Below are positions 30,566-38,958 of a stretch of 64,000 nucleotides of DNA, one piece after another. The notes below the pieces were generated by a model. The model searched no databases and was not told the DNA's origin. It saw nothing but the letters and a program-made list of their open reading frames with translations. Position 1 is the first letter of the stretch. Each line of letters opens with the position of its first letter. The translations under genes and the position numbers were made by a program. The DNA comes from Dehalococcoidia bacterium (GTDB lineage Bacteria > Chloroflexota > Dehalococcoidia > GIF9 > UBA5629), in NCBI GenBank assembly GCA_050011565.1, contig JBEKIW010000003.1:96001-160000 (forward strand). The letters run 5' to 3'.

Positions 30566-31087
30566 AAACCAAAAGTCAAAAGTACAAATAAAAAATTAAA
30601 AATTATTTCATGCCTTTTAGAGTCATAATATCAGCATAAATTAAATATTAAAAGTTAAAATGCAAAATGATAAGCCAAGATTTAGAGATATGCTCAAAAC
30701 GCGAGTTTACAGTTTTGCGTTGGATATAATCACATTTGTTGACCAATTACCTAAAGGGCAAGTTTCAAGCGTTATCGGTGAGCAATTATTACGGAGTGCC
30801 ACCAGCATTGGAGCCAATGTTGTTGAGTCTCAAGGTGCCGCTTCAAGAAAAGACTATGCTAATTTCTTTCGTCATGCCTTGAAATCAGCTAATGAGACAA
30901 AATTCTGGTTAGGTCTCCTGCGGGATTCAGGTAAAGCGGACAAGATGACAACTGATAAGCTTTTAAAAGAGTCAAATGAATTGGCCAAAATACTGGCTAC
31001 CAGCATCATCACCCTAAAGGGGCGGGGATAATTTTTTAAACTTTTAACTTGAATTTTTGATATTTGAGTTTTGATTTTTGACTTACG
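30550..31087. mobile_element. Putative cassette: heptad-repeat inverted arms enclosing a four-helix-bundle gene
   Basis: Left arm AAAAGTT AAAAGTT AAAAACC AAAAGTC (30550-30604); right arm GATATTT GAGTTTT GATTTTT GACTTAC (31032-31087). Mobility is inferred. Confidence 0.55.
30660..31031 (+). CDS. Four helix bundle protein (23S rRNA IVS protein / TIGR02436-like family)
   Basis: QLLRSATSIGANVVE, ALKSANETKFWL, ESNELAKIL. Confidence 0.92.
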   Translation: MQNDKPRFRDMLKTRVYSFALDIITFVDQLPKGQVSSVIGEQLLRSATSIGANVVESQGAASRKDYANFFRHALKSANETKFWLGLLRDSGKADKMTTDKLLKESNELAKILATSIITLKGRG

Positions 31088-31088
31088 T

Positions 31089-31880
31089 TTATAGCCATCG
31101 CTTGCGCCGCTTGTAATGCTTGACTGACCGGTAGCTCTTCTTGGTGCCGACCGCCGATAGGCCCATGTAAAATTCCTTTACGTCTTCGTTATTCCTCAGG
31201 AAATCGGCGGTACCATCGAGCACCACCCGCCCGTTTTCCATGACATAGCCGTAATGGGCGATCTTGAGCGCAATTCTGACATTCTGTTCCACCAGCAAAA
31301 TGGACGTTTTCTTCTCAGTATTGAATCGCTGTATGATGGCATAAATCTCTTCCACCAGCATCGGCGCCAGACCAAGCGACGGCTCATCCAGCATCATAAG
31401 CTTGGGCGCCGACATCATTGCCCGGCCGATGACCAGCATCTGCTGCTCGCCGCCGGAAAGATAGCCGGCAATGTTATGGCGCAGATTTTTAAGCCGCGGA
31501 AAATAGCCATAAACCATGCCCAGGTCTTCTCTAATAGCATGACCGTCTCGTCGGTTATGAGCGCCCACCATAAGGTTCTCCTCAGCAGTCAGATGCCCAA
31601 AGACGCGCCGGCCTTCCAGCGCCTGAACAATACCCAGCTTGCCTATCTCAACCGCACTCTTTTTGTCGATTCTCTGTCCGTCCCACTCAATGCTGCCGTC
31701 AACCACATCCCCCTCTTCAACTTGAAGCAGGCCGGATATGGCTTTGAGCGTGGTGGTTTTGCCGGCACCGTTGGCGCCCAGCAGAGCCACCACAGTGCAG
31801 TCCTCGACAGCCAAAGAGATGCCGTGTAAAACTCTTATCACGTTCAGATAGGCAACTTCGATGCTGTTCAGTCTAAGCAT
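31089..31880 (-). CDS. Liv-type ABC transporter ATP-binding subunit (LivF-like)
   Basis: GANGAGKT, LSGGEQQM, DEPSLGLAP, YKRRKRWL tail typical of CoA-ligase-linked Liv systems. Confidence 0.92.
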   Translation of the reverse strand: MLRLNSIEVAYLNVIRVLHGISLAVEDCTVVALLGANGAGKTTTLKAISGLLQVEEGDVVDGSIEWDGQRIDKKSAVEIGKLGIVQALEGRRVFGHLTAEENLMVGAHNRRDGHAIREDLGMVYGYFPRLKNLRHNIAGYLSGGEQQMLVIGRAMMSAPKLMMLDEPSLGLAPMLVEEIYAIIQRFNTEKKTSILLVEQNVRIALKIAHYGYVMENGRVVLDGTADFLRNNEDVKEFYMGLSAVGTKKSYRSVKHYKRRKRWL

Positions 31881-31895
31881 ATGGCCTGCTCTGGG

Positions 31896-31927
31896 CAGGG
31901 TCTCCCCCTTTCCGGGGGAGACCCTGC
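31896..31927. terminator. Hairpin between the substrate-binding gene and livF
   Basis: GCAGGGTCTCCCC-TTTCCG-GGGGAGACCCTGC 13-bp perfect stem; terminator or mRNA stabiliser. Confidence 0.6.
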
Positions 31928-31942
31928 TAGAATCAACAATCG

Positions 31943-33208
31943 TTACTTTCCAAACCAGTCGTACGTTTCATACTTAATCAGGGGCGCTTCCACCCAGTCA
32001 GTCAGCGGAGTAATTTTGCCGCTAACTATCTGGAGAACTCGATTAAATTTGTCAAGCCTGTTATCACCGGGTGTGTAACTTACAGCACCATGAAGTCCGG
32101 CAACATCGTAGTTCTGCAGCTTTTGTATGCCCTGGGTCTCCACGGCCTGCCAGGCTGCGGCATCGCCTTTGGCCAGCGTGTCATAGCCGACGTTCTTCAC
32201 CGCCAGCTCCAGAGCCTTGGCCACAATCAGACCCTGTGCCCACGAGACCATATAGTCAGCATTACCTACATTCTCGGGGTGATACTGCTGGCAATATTCC
32301 ACCATCTTGGCCATGCCCGGCACATTATCTCCCCACTGCACCGTTGGATATACACCATAAACGCCTTCGACGACATCGGCACCACCCAAATCAATCAGAG
32401 CTTTGGTCATGCCAGCATGGCAGCAACCGATGGTTACGCCCGGATACATGCCCAGGTCTCTGGCATTCTTGATAATAACCGCGGTCGGCGCCGGTGTACT
32501 GGAAATATACAGTACGTCCGGGGTCAAGCCTTTAACTCGCGTTAGCGTATCCATTTCAGAGGTCGTGGTCGCCGCATGCTCATCCATGGAGACGACCTCA
32601 ATGCCCAGTTCGTCAGCCTTGGCCTTGAAGGCATCTCGAGCCCCGTATCCCGTGGGATTGTTAAGCATAAGTAGTGCAAATTTAGGCTTGCCCGTACCCT
32701 TCCAGATGTTCTTCATGTAGTAGTTAGCGAAAACTATAGCGTCATCGCCATAGTCAGGTGTTTGGCCGTAGATATGCGCTGGCGGCCGGTACAACGAAGG
32801 CGAGCTGAAGCAGGAAATGCCCGGGAATCCCGCCTCGTTGGCAGCCCCCTTAGCGGGTGACATCTCGGCAGAAGCCGCCGTGGTAAATAACAGACAGCCA
32901 CTAGACATGAATCCATTAACGATGGTGACCACTTTAGTAGGGTCGTAGTTGCTATCTAGAATTGTAGCCTCAATCGGGTATCCGCCGGCGCCGCCCAGTT
33001 CGGTATTAATGTATTTAATAACGTCGGTGTTACCGTTCATCATGGGAAGCCCCTTCTCAGCGGCTTTACCCGTAGAGGGGTTCATCATACCGATTTTCAA
33101 TACCTGTCCGGGTTGAGCTTTAGGGGCACAAGCACCGGCAAAGGGCATCACCGCTATTACCAGCGCCAAGCATAAAACTCCAATTACCATTAACGATTTT
33201 TTAGTCAA
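31943..33208 (-). CDS. Liv-type ABC substrate-binding lipoprotein
   Basis: Lipobox AGAC, periplasmic binding protein type I features, GGAGG RBS before TTG. Confidence 0.88.
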   Translation of the reverse strand: MTKKSLMVIGVLCLALVIAVMPFAGACAPKAQPGQVLKIGMMNPSTGKAAEKGLPMMNGNTDVIKYINTELGGAGGYPIEATILDSNYDPTKVVTIVNGFMSSGCLLFTTAASAEMSPAKGAANEAGFPGISCFSSPSLYRPPAHIYGQTPDYGDDAIVFANYYMKNIWKGTGKPKFALLMLNNPTGYGARDAFKAKADELGIEVVSMDEHAATTTSEMDTLTRVKGLTPDVLYISSTPAPTAVIIKNARDLGMYPGVTIGCCHAGMTKALIDLGGADVVEGVYGVYPTVQWGDNVPGMAKMVEYCQQYHPENVGNADYMVSWAQGLIVAKALELAVKNVGYDTLAKGDAAAWQAVETQGIQKLQNYDVAGLHGAVSYTPGDNRLDKFNRVLQIVSGKITPLTDWVEAPLIKYETYDWFGK

Positions 33209-33279
33209 AGCATTAACCTCCTAAAAATATTTTACGCCCGGTAACTATTTATAAACATTACATCTTCATGCCTCCTCGT

Positions 33280-34329
33280 TTAATATGAGAACGGCCACAG
33301 ACGGTAAGCGGCCTTGAATAGTGCCCAGCGATGCGCCAGCCCCCGTGGCTCCAGAATTAGAAACAATATGATGGCCAGGCCGAACACCATCGGCCCCAGG
33401 CCGGTAGTAAAGCCGGTCGACAGCGAGGGTATGGCGTTTTCAATGAATGGAGATATATAAATAACCACCTGCTGCAGAAGTCGTATAACCACCACACCCA
33501 GAATAGGACCGATGGTCGTGCCCAGTCCGCCGATAATCACCATACCTATATACAGTATAGAGTCGGTTAGTGTAAAGTTCTCGGCATTCAAAAAGCCGGT
33601 CCAGTGTGCGAGCAGGGCACCGGCAATTCCAGCCAGAAAACAGCCGATGAAGAAAGCCAGAAGCTTGTAGTAAAGCAGATTGATACCCATTACTTCAGCC
33701 GCCAGGTCGTTATCCCTGACGGCAATAAAGGCTCTGCCCACCCTGCCCCTGGCCAGATTTTTAGCCAGAAATATACACAGCGCCACAATGACCATAATCA
33801 GGTAGAACTGGCTGGCTTGACTTCTAAACACGAAACCGAAAATAGAGGCACGGGGAACGTCCATGCCCACAAAGCCGCCGGTTACCGACCAGTGGTTGAT
33901 AATCCAGATGATGATAAATTGAGCGGCAATGGTGGTAATCGCCAGATAAAAACCTTTAACCCGCACCGACGGCAAGCCGAAGATAATACCTATCAGCCCG
34001 GCACTGAAACCGGAACAAATAAGTCCAGCTAAGAATGGAAGGCCAAGCCTGCTGGTCAAAATTGCTGTAGTATAGGCACCTACCGCCATAAAACCGGCAT
34101 GCCCGATGGATAGCTGTCCGCAGTAGCCGATAAGTATATTCAAACCGGTAACAGCGATTATAGTAATCCCTATTAAGTTGAATATGCCCAGCCAGTTATC
34201 ACGTAAATACAACGGCGCGGTAAAAACAAGGATTAAAAATCCGATAAAAAATGCCCAGTGAGTCTTGGTCCGCAGGACGGCCATGTCCCTGGCGTAATCG
34301 TAATTACGCGTACCGCTGGGTAAATCCAT
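33280..34329 (-). CDS. Liv-type ABC permease (LivM-like)
   Basis: GYCGQLSIGH, GFYLAITT, GRAFIAVRDNDLAA, IIGGLG. Confidence 0.92.
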   Translation of the reverse strand: MDLPSGTRNYDYARDMAVLRTKTHWAFFIGFLILVFTAPLYLRDNWLGIFNLIGITIIAVTGLNILIGYCGQLSIGHAGFMAVGAYTTAILTSRLGLPFLAGLICSGFSAGLIGIIFGLPSVRVKGFYLAITTIAAQFIIIWIINHWSVTGGFVGMDVPRASIFGFVFRSQASQFYLIMVIVALCIFLAKNLARGRVGRAFIAVRDNDLAAEVMGINLLYYKLLAFFIGCFLAGIAGALLAHWTGFLNAENFTLTDSILYIGMVIIGGLGTTIGPILGVVVIRLLQQVVIYISPFIENAIPSLSTGFTTGLGPMVFGLAIILFLILEPRGLAHRWALFKAAYRLWPFSY

Positions 34330-34332
34330 TAC

Positions 34333-35217
34333 TTATATCCTCTCTATCCGCGTCTCGCCGAAAAGCCCGTAAGGCTTGATAATCATGACGATTATTATAA
34401 TGATGAACGGAATAATATCTTTAATCCCCGGCCCGATCAGCGGCGTGAGATAGCCGCCGCCAAAGTTTTCGCACAACCCTATTATCGGTCCGGCCACCAT
34501 GCAGCCGATAAATGAATCCAGGCCGCCCAGTATCACCACCGAGAACGATTTCAGCCCGGTCTCCACCAGCCCAAAGGTGACGCCACCAATGCTGGAGACG
34601 AGCACACCACCGATAGCTGCCACCACGCAGGCAAAAATCCACGATATTGAAAAAACGCTGGTCACCGGAATAGCGCATGCCTGTACCGCCATCTGGTCGT
34701 CAGCGGTCGCCCTCATGGCTATACCCATCTTGTGGTATTTAAAAAACAAGGATAGAAGGCCAAACAGCGCTAGAGATATGACCGCCGCCCACATATATTC
34801 CTGAGAAACTACTGCCGGACCGATATGAATCGGCTGCTGGGGGAAAAGACGAGGCAAACGAGCGACGCTTACGGGCCAGACAAAAGTAACCAGGCCTTCA
34901 AGAAAATAGGCCACACCCAGCGTTACCGTAATCAACGCCAATATCGGTTGAGCAATCAGCGGACGTAAGGTGAATCGCTCTATAGCCCAGCCCAGGAATA
35001 CGGCAAAGACAATAGTCAGCGGCAGTCCGACCCAGTAGGGAAACTTGGCCTGCACCAGCATACCGTAGGTAAACCATGAGGAAATCAAAACGAGCTGCCC
35101 CAGTGCCAGGTTAGCCACGCTGCTGGACTTCCATATTAAGGCAAAACCCAGGGCGATAAGCGCATAAACCATGCCCACTGCTAAACCCGTAATAGTATAT
35201 TGAAGCAGTTCAGCCAT
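34333..35217 (-). CDS. Liv-type ABC permease (LivH-like)
   Basis: YALIALGF, GIAMRATADD, VILGGLDS, KPYGLFG. Confidence 0.92.
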   Translation of the reverse strand: MAELLQYTITGLAVGMVYALIALGFALIWKSSSVANLALGQLVLISSWFTYGMLVQAKFPYWVGLPLTIVFAVFLGWAIERFTLRPLIAQPILALITVTLGVAYFLEGLVTFVWPVSVARLPRLFPQQPIHIGPAVVSQEYMWAAVISLALFGLLSLFFKYHKMGIAMRATADDQMAVQACAIPVTSVFSISWIFACVVAAIGGVLVSSIGGVTFGLVETGLKSFSVVILGGLDSFIGCMVAGPIIGLCENFGGGYLTPLIGPGIKDIIPFIIIIIVMIIKPYGLFGETRIERI

Positions 35218-37434
35218 TTAATTCACCTGCCTGACGTTGATAGCCGTGCTGACCACACCGTGTCTACCGTCTCTGTATGTCACGGGTGCCTCGACAGTCA
35301 CGTTCTTTTTATCTCCGTACATTGCCTCAATCAAGTCCTTATACCGCTGTTCCACAAAGTCCCGGCGCAGTTTTCTGGTCCTGGTAAGCTCGGCTTCATC
35401 GGCGTCGAACTCCTTATGCAGCAGGACGAATTTCCTGACTCTGGAACCCTCCGGCAAATAGCTGTTCACGCGGATTAAGTCCTTCTGTACCAGATCGGCA
35501 ACTTCTTTTTTCTGGGACAGGTCGACGAAAGTGGTATACGGAAGACCGTGACGCTCTGCCCATTTGCCCACCATGGCGAAATCTATATTGACTATGGCGC
35601 CAACGAAGCCTCTCTCCTTGCCACCCACAACCATGGCATCTTTTATGTAGGGACTGAACCTGAGCCTGCCCTCGATATACTGAGGTGCATACTTCGTGCC
35701 GGAAGCCAGCTCACCCATGTGTTCCACGCGGTCCATGAATATCAGGTGTCCCTGGTCATTGATGTTAACCGCGTCGCCTGTCCGGCACCAGCCGTTTACT
35801 ACCACCGCCACCGTCTTCTCCGGGTCCTTAAAGTATTCTTTGAAAAGACATTCACTTCTGACCAGCAGTTCTCCTTCATCGGTCACTCTAACTTCCACGC
35901 CTGATGCCGGCCGGCCCACGCTCTGAAAATCAATCTCCCCTTTGCCGTGAGAGGAGATAAAGCCGGCTTCGGTACTGGCATAGTTCTGTCTCAGTTCAAT
36001 GCCAATGGCATGTATTAAGCGGAAGGTATCCAGGCTGAGCACCGAGCTGCCGGTAACGGCCAGTCTGGCTTTAACCAACCCCAGCCTATCCTTCAGTGGT
36101 CTAAAAAGCAATGCGTACGCTAATCCGTACAGCGTCCGCCAGAACAAGTCCGGTGTCTTGCTTTCGAAGCTCAGGTCGGCCATCTTATAGCCTACCGGCA
36201 TAAACAGGTTATAAAAGAAGCGCTTTATGGGGTTGGCATCGGTTATTTTCACCTGGATTTCGCTGACCAGGCTCTCCCATTGACGAGGCCCGTAGATAAC
36301 AAAGTCGGGGCCGACCTCCCGCGTATCCTCGGCAATTGTCTCCGGCTCCTCGGGAAAGTTAATCCTGGCGCCGGTCAGCAAATGGGGTACGGTAGCAAAA
36401 AAGCTGTCGCCCACCCAGGCCGGCGGGAAGTTAGAGACCAAATCATCGTTGCCCGTAAACGGAAAACGGTCAACAAATCCCCGAGAGGTATTTATCAGCG
36501 CTTTATGGGTAATCACCGCCCCTTTGGGCAAACCGGTAGTACCGGAGGTATAGTAAATAAAGGCGGTGTCACTACCTTTCCCCTTCTTCACATTCTGCTC
36601 GAATAATTTCGGATGCTTTTTTTCGTATTCCTTGCCCTGATCAACAACGTCGACAAAATTCAGTAAGAACGCCGTTGGCCATAATCCCTCTTTTAAAAAG
36701 AGTATCGCATCTTCGATAAGCTTCTCATCGTCAGGCGTAAGAATTATCTTATCAGGATGACCGTCAGGCCTTTTAATGGTGATGTTTTCGCGACTCATTT
36801 TTTCAAATATAGGTATAAACTCATTGAGTTGGCTGCGTATTTTCTCTTTATGGATTTCAACGTTCTTTAGTTCTTTGACTCGGGAAAGCCTTTCGATCTG
36901 TTCGTGGCTAATGGGGAAATTTAAACTATCCTCGCATTTTAGCAATAGATCACACATTTTATTAACAAATTCATTTTTGGCAATTGGCAAAGTCTCTGGA
37001 TAATTTTTCAGCCCCTTCGGGTCCCAGTAAATCACTTTCTTCAGCGAAGGCAGTTCCTCCTTTATCTCAAGGAATTTATCGGTCTGCTCCTGGTCATTGA
37101 CAATGGCGAATTTGGCACCCGCGTGAGCGGCGACGTATTTCACTTCGGAAGGTATGGCGTCGACGAAAATGCCGGTGGCGATACCGCCAGCGGCTTGGGC
37201 TGCAAACTCTCCCCAGAACCATTCCGGCTCATTGTCGCCGATGATGCAGACCACGTCTCCGGGCTTAAAGCCCAGGCTTATCAAGCCCAAAGAGAAGGAT
37301 TTCACATTTTCGTAATATTCTTTCCAGCTATATCGCCGCCAGATGCCGCGGTGCTTCATGGACATGGCAGTCCTCTGACCCCACTTCTCGCAGTTGCTCT
37401 TTATCAGTTGCGGTATCGTCTCGCTATCAGCCAT
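35218..37434 (-). CDS. AMP-dependent acyl-CoA ligase (FadD-like) with an internal insertion
   Basis: YTSGTTGLPKG, YASTE, RTGDA, ELTRTRKLRR. Confidence 0.9.
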   Translation of the reverse strand: MADSETIPQLIKSNCEKWGQRTAMSMKHRGIWRRYSWKEYYENVKSFSLGLISLGFKPGDVVCIIGDNEPEWFWGEFAAQAAGGIATGIFVDAIPSEVKYVAAHAGAKFAIVNDQEQTDKFLEIKEELPSLKKVIYWDPKGLKNYPETLPIAKNEFVNKMCDLLLKCEDSLNFPISHEQIERLSRVKELKNVEIHKEKIRSQLNEFIPIFEKMSRENITIKRPDGHPDKIILTPDDEKLIEDAILFLKEGLWPTAFLLNFVDVVDQGKEYEKKHPKLFEQNVKKGKGSDTAFIYYTSGTTGLPKGAVITHKALINTSRGFVDRFPFTGNDDLVSNFPPAWVGDSFFATVPHLLTGARINFPEEPETIAEDTREVGPDFVIYGPRQWESLVSEIQVKITDANPIKRFFYNLFMPVGYKMADLSFESKTPDLFWRTLYGLAYALLFRPLKDRLGLVKARLAVTGSSVLSLDTFRLIHAIGIELRQNYASTEAGFISSHGKGEIDFQSVGRPASGVEVRVTDEGELLVRSECLFKEYFKDPEKTVAVVVNGWCRTGDAVNINDQGHLIFMDRVEHMGELASGTKYAPQYIEGRLRFSPYIKDAMVVGGKERGFVGAIVNIDFAMVGKWAERHGLPYTTFVDLSQKKEVADLVQKDLIRVNSYLPEGSRVRKFVLLHKEFDADEAELTRTRKLRRDFVEQRYKDLIEAMYGDKKNVTVEAPVTYRDGRHGVVSTAINVRQVN

Positions 37435-37462
37435 AGCCTAATGCCTTAATCTGCCCCTTAAC

Positions 37463-37490
37463 AAAAAAGCCTCCCGCCTGGGAGGCTTTT
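37463..37490 (-). terminator. Attenuator terminator upstream of the CoA-ligase/ABC operon
   Basis: Minus strand AGCCTCCC-AGGC-GGGAGGCT-TTTTTG. Confidence 0.85.
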
Positions 37491-37523
37491 ACTTTCTGTT
37501 TTATCTTATTCCTGCTCTATGGT

Positions 37524-37610
37524 TTAGTTCGATGTGCTCCCAGGCGCAACGGCAGGCAGGCTAAAGAAAAAGAAGAAAAATAAATTAAAACTGCGAGCCT
37601 GAGTCTGCAT
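37524..37610 (-). CDS. Phe-rich attenuator leader peptide MQTQARSFNLFFFFFFSLPAVAPGSTSN
   Basis: Translated by hand; six consecutive Phe codons; contains CGCCTGGGAG, complementary to the terminator 5' arm; alternative in-frame GTG at 37622. Confidence 0.85.
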   Translation of the reverse strand: MQTQARSFNLFFFFFFSLPAVAPGSTSN

Positions 37611-37630
37611 TTCGAACTTCACGAAACGAG

Positions 37631-37659
37631 ATAGTATCATAACAGATTCAGCCTGTCAA
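37631..37659 (-). promoter_or_regulatory. sigma70-type promoter of the Phe leader
   Basis: TTGACA-17nt-TACTAT. Confidence 0.75.
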
Positions 37660-37689
37660 TAGATTGAAAGCTATCGCAATATCTCTCTC

Positions 37690-37740
37690 TTTGATTTTTT
37701 ACTTGTACTTTTGACCTTTGGTTTTTAAATTTTGATTTTC
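37690..37740 (-). repeat. 7-nt-periodic repeat, single arm (copy F), inverted near-copy of 30557-30600
   Basis: Reverse complement AAAATTTAAAAACCAAAGGTCAAAAGTACAAGTAAAAAATCAAA; 40/44 identical by hand alignment. Confidence 0.8.
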
Positions 37741-37742
37741 GT

Positions 37743-38651
37743 TTACTCTGCCTTCGGTGGTGCCGGGTTTACCAGGCCGGCTGCCAGCGTGCCGGGCATG
37801 AAGTCGAACAGCTCGTCAATCGTCCAGCCACCGATCTTGACCAATGCTTTTTCCTGCACCGGCTCGGAAAATAGAGCCACCGTTCCCGTCTGAACGAAGA
37901 AAGTACGGCCGTTTACATTAGCGGCAGCGTCAGATGCCAGCCAGACGACCAGCGGCGCGATGTCGTTGGGGTCCATCTTCTCCATGGCGGCGATGATAGC
38001 CTCTCTTCCCGCCTTCTTCCAGGCGGCTTTCAGCTCATCGCTCAACGTCATCCTAGTGCCGGCATTGGGCCTGATAGCATTGCAGGTCACGCCATACCTG
38101 CCCATGTCTCTGGATACCTGCCGGGTGAAGCCGACAATGCCTTCCTTGGCAGCGCCGTAATTCGCCTGACCGAAGGTGGCGCCCAGTCCGGCAAGTGATG
38201 ATGTATTTATGATGCGCCCGCTTTTCTGTTCCCTGAAAAGAGCACAGGCGAACTTGGTGGTGAAAAAGTGGCCGTAGAGATGCACTTTCATCACCAGGTC
38301 CCAGTCTTCCTCGGTCATGTTGTATATCATCTTGTCGCGGAGAATTCCGGCGTTGTTGACCAGTATATCCAGCCTGCCGAATTTGTCGACGGCAGTTTTG
38401 ATAATGTTTTCGCCGCCGACCAGCGTGGTCACCGAGTCGTAGTTGGCTACGGCTTCTCCACCCATCTTCTTGATTTCGTCTACTACTTTATCCGCTGCCG
38501 ACGTGGAAGTGCCCGTACCAGCAACGGTGCCGCCGAGGTCATTGACCACCACTTTGGCACCCTCGGATGCCAGCGCCAGAGATTCACCCCGGCCGATGCC
38601 GCCGCCGGCGCCGGTGACCACAGCTACTTTGCCCTTCAGTCTATCGCCCAT
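37743..38651 (-). CDS. SDR oxidoreductase (MFE-2-like hydroxyacyl-CoA dehydrogenase)
   Basis: TGAGGGIG, VVVNDLGG, NNAGILRD, GQANYGAAK. Confidence 0.88.
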   Translation of the reverse strand: MGDRLKGKVAVVTGAGGGIGRGESLALASEGAKVVVNDLGGTVAGTGTSTSAADKVVDEIKKMGGEAVANYDSVTTLVGGENIIKTAVDKFGRLDILVNNAGILRDKMIYNMTEEDWDLVMKVHLYGHFFTTKFACALFREQKSGRIINTSSLAGLGATFGQANYGAAKEGIVGFTRQVSRDMGRYGVTCNAIRPNAGTRMTLSDELKAAWKKAGREAIIAAMEKMDPNDIAPLVVWLASDAAANVNGRTFFVQTGTVALFSEPVQEKALVKIGGWTIDELFDFMPGTLAAGLVNPAPPKAE

Positions 38652-38696
38652 TTTTTAACTCCTTTTCGTTTTTATTTTACGCAAAGATAAACTTGT

Positions 38697-38909
38697 TTAA
38701 GATTTAACAACAAATATCGGGATGAGAATTCCCAGATAAATCAGCACTCCCGCTGCCATCCAGATTATGGCGATAACCTGCATATCTCTCGCTTTTTGTT
38801 TCTTTTCATTTTCAGGTGCTCGAAAATATCTTCCTAAATAAAAAAGGGGCAGTCCGATAGCTATCATGACTACTCCCATTACCCATAAAATCAGTCTGGT
38901 AATATCCAT
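38697..38909 (-). CDS. Small two-TM membrane protein
   Basis: Two hydrophobic helices, AAGGGG RBS. Confidence 0.65.
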   Translation of the reverse strand: MDITRLILWVMGVVMIAIGLPLFYLGRYFRAPENEKKQKARDMQVIAIIWMAAGVLIYLGILIPIFVVKS

Positions 38910-38958
38910 TACTATACCCCTTTTGGAATATTTTTGAGTTCAAACGATTCGCAAAAAG

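Noticed and set aside
30660-31031. Diversity-generating retroelement or rRNA intervening sequence
   Set aside because: No reverse transcriptase, TR/VR pair or rRNA sequence in the window; only the Avd-like fold is shared.
17437-31087. CRISPR array interpretation of the periodic repeats
   Set aside because: Units are degenerate 7-mers without unique spacers, and no cas genes are present.
36670-36999. Intein or self-splicing intron in the CoA ligase
   Set aside because: No intein N- or C-terminal motifs and no recognisable group I/II intron ends; kept as an unexplained insertion.
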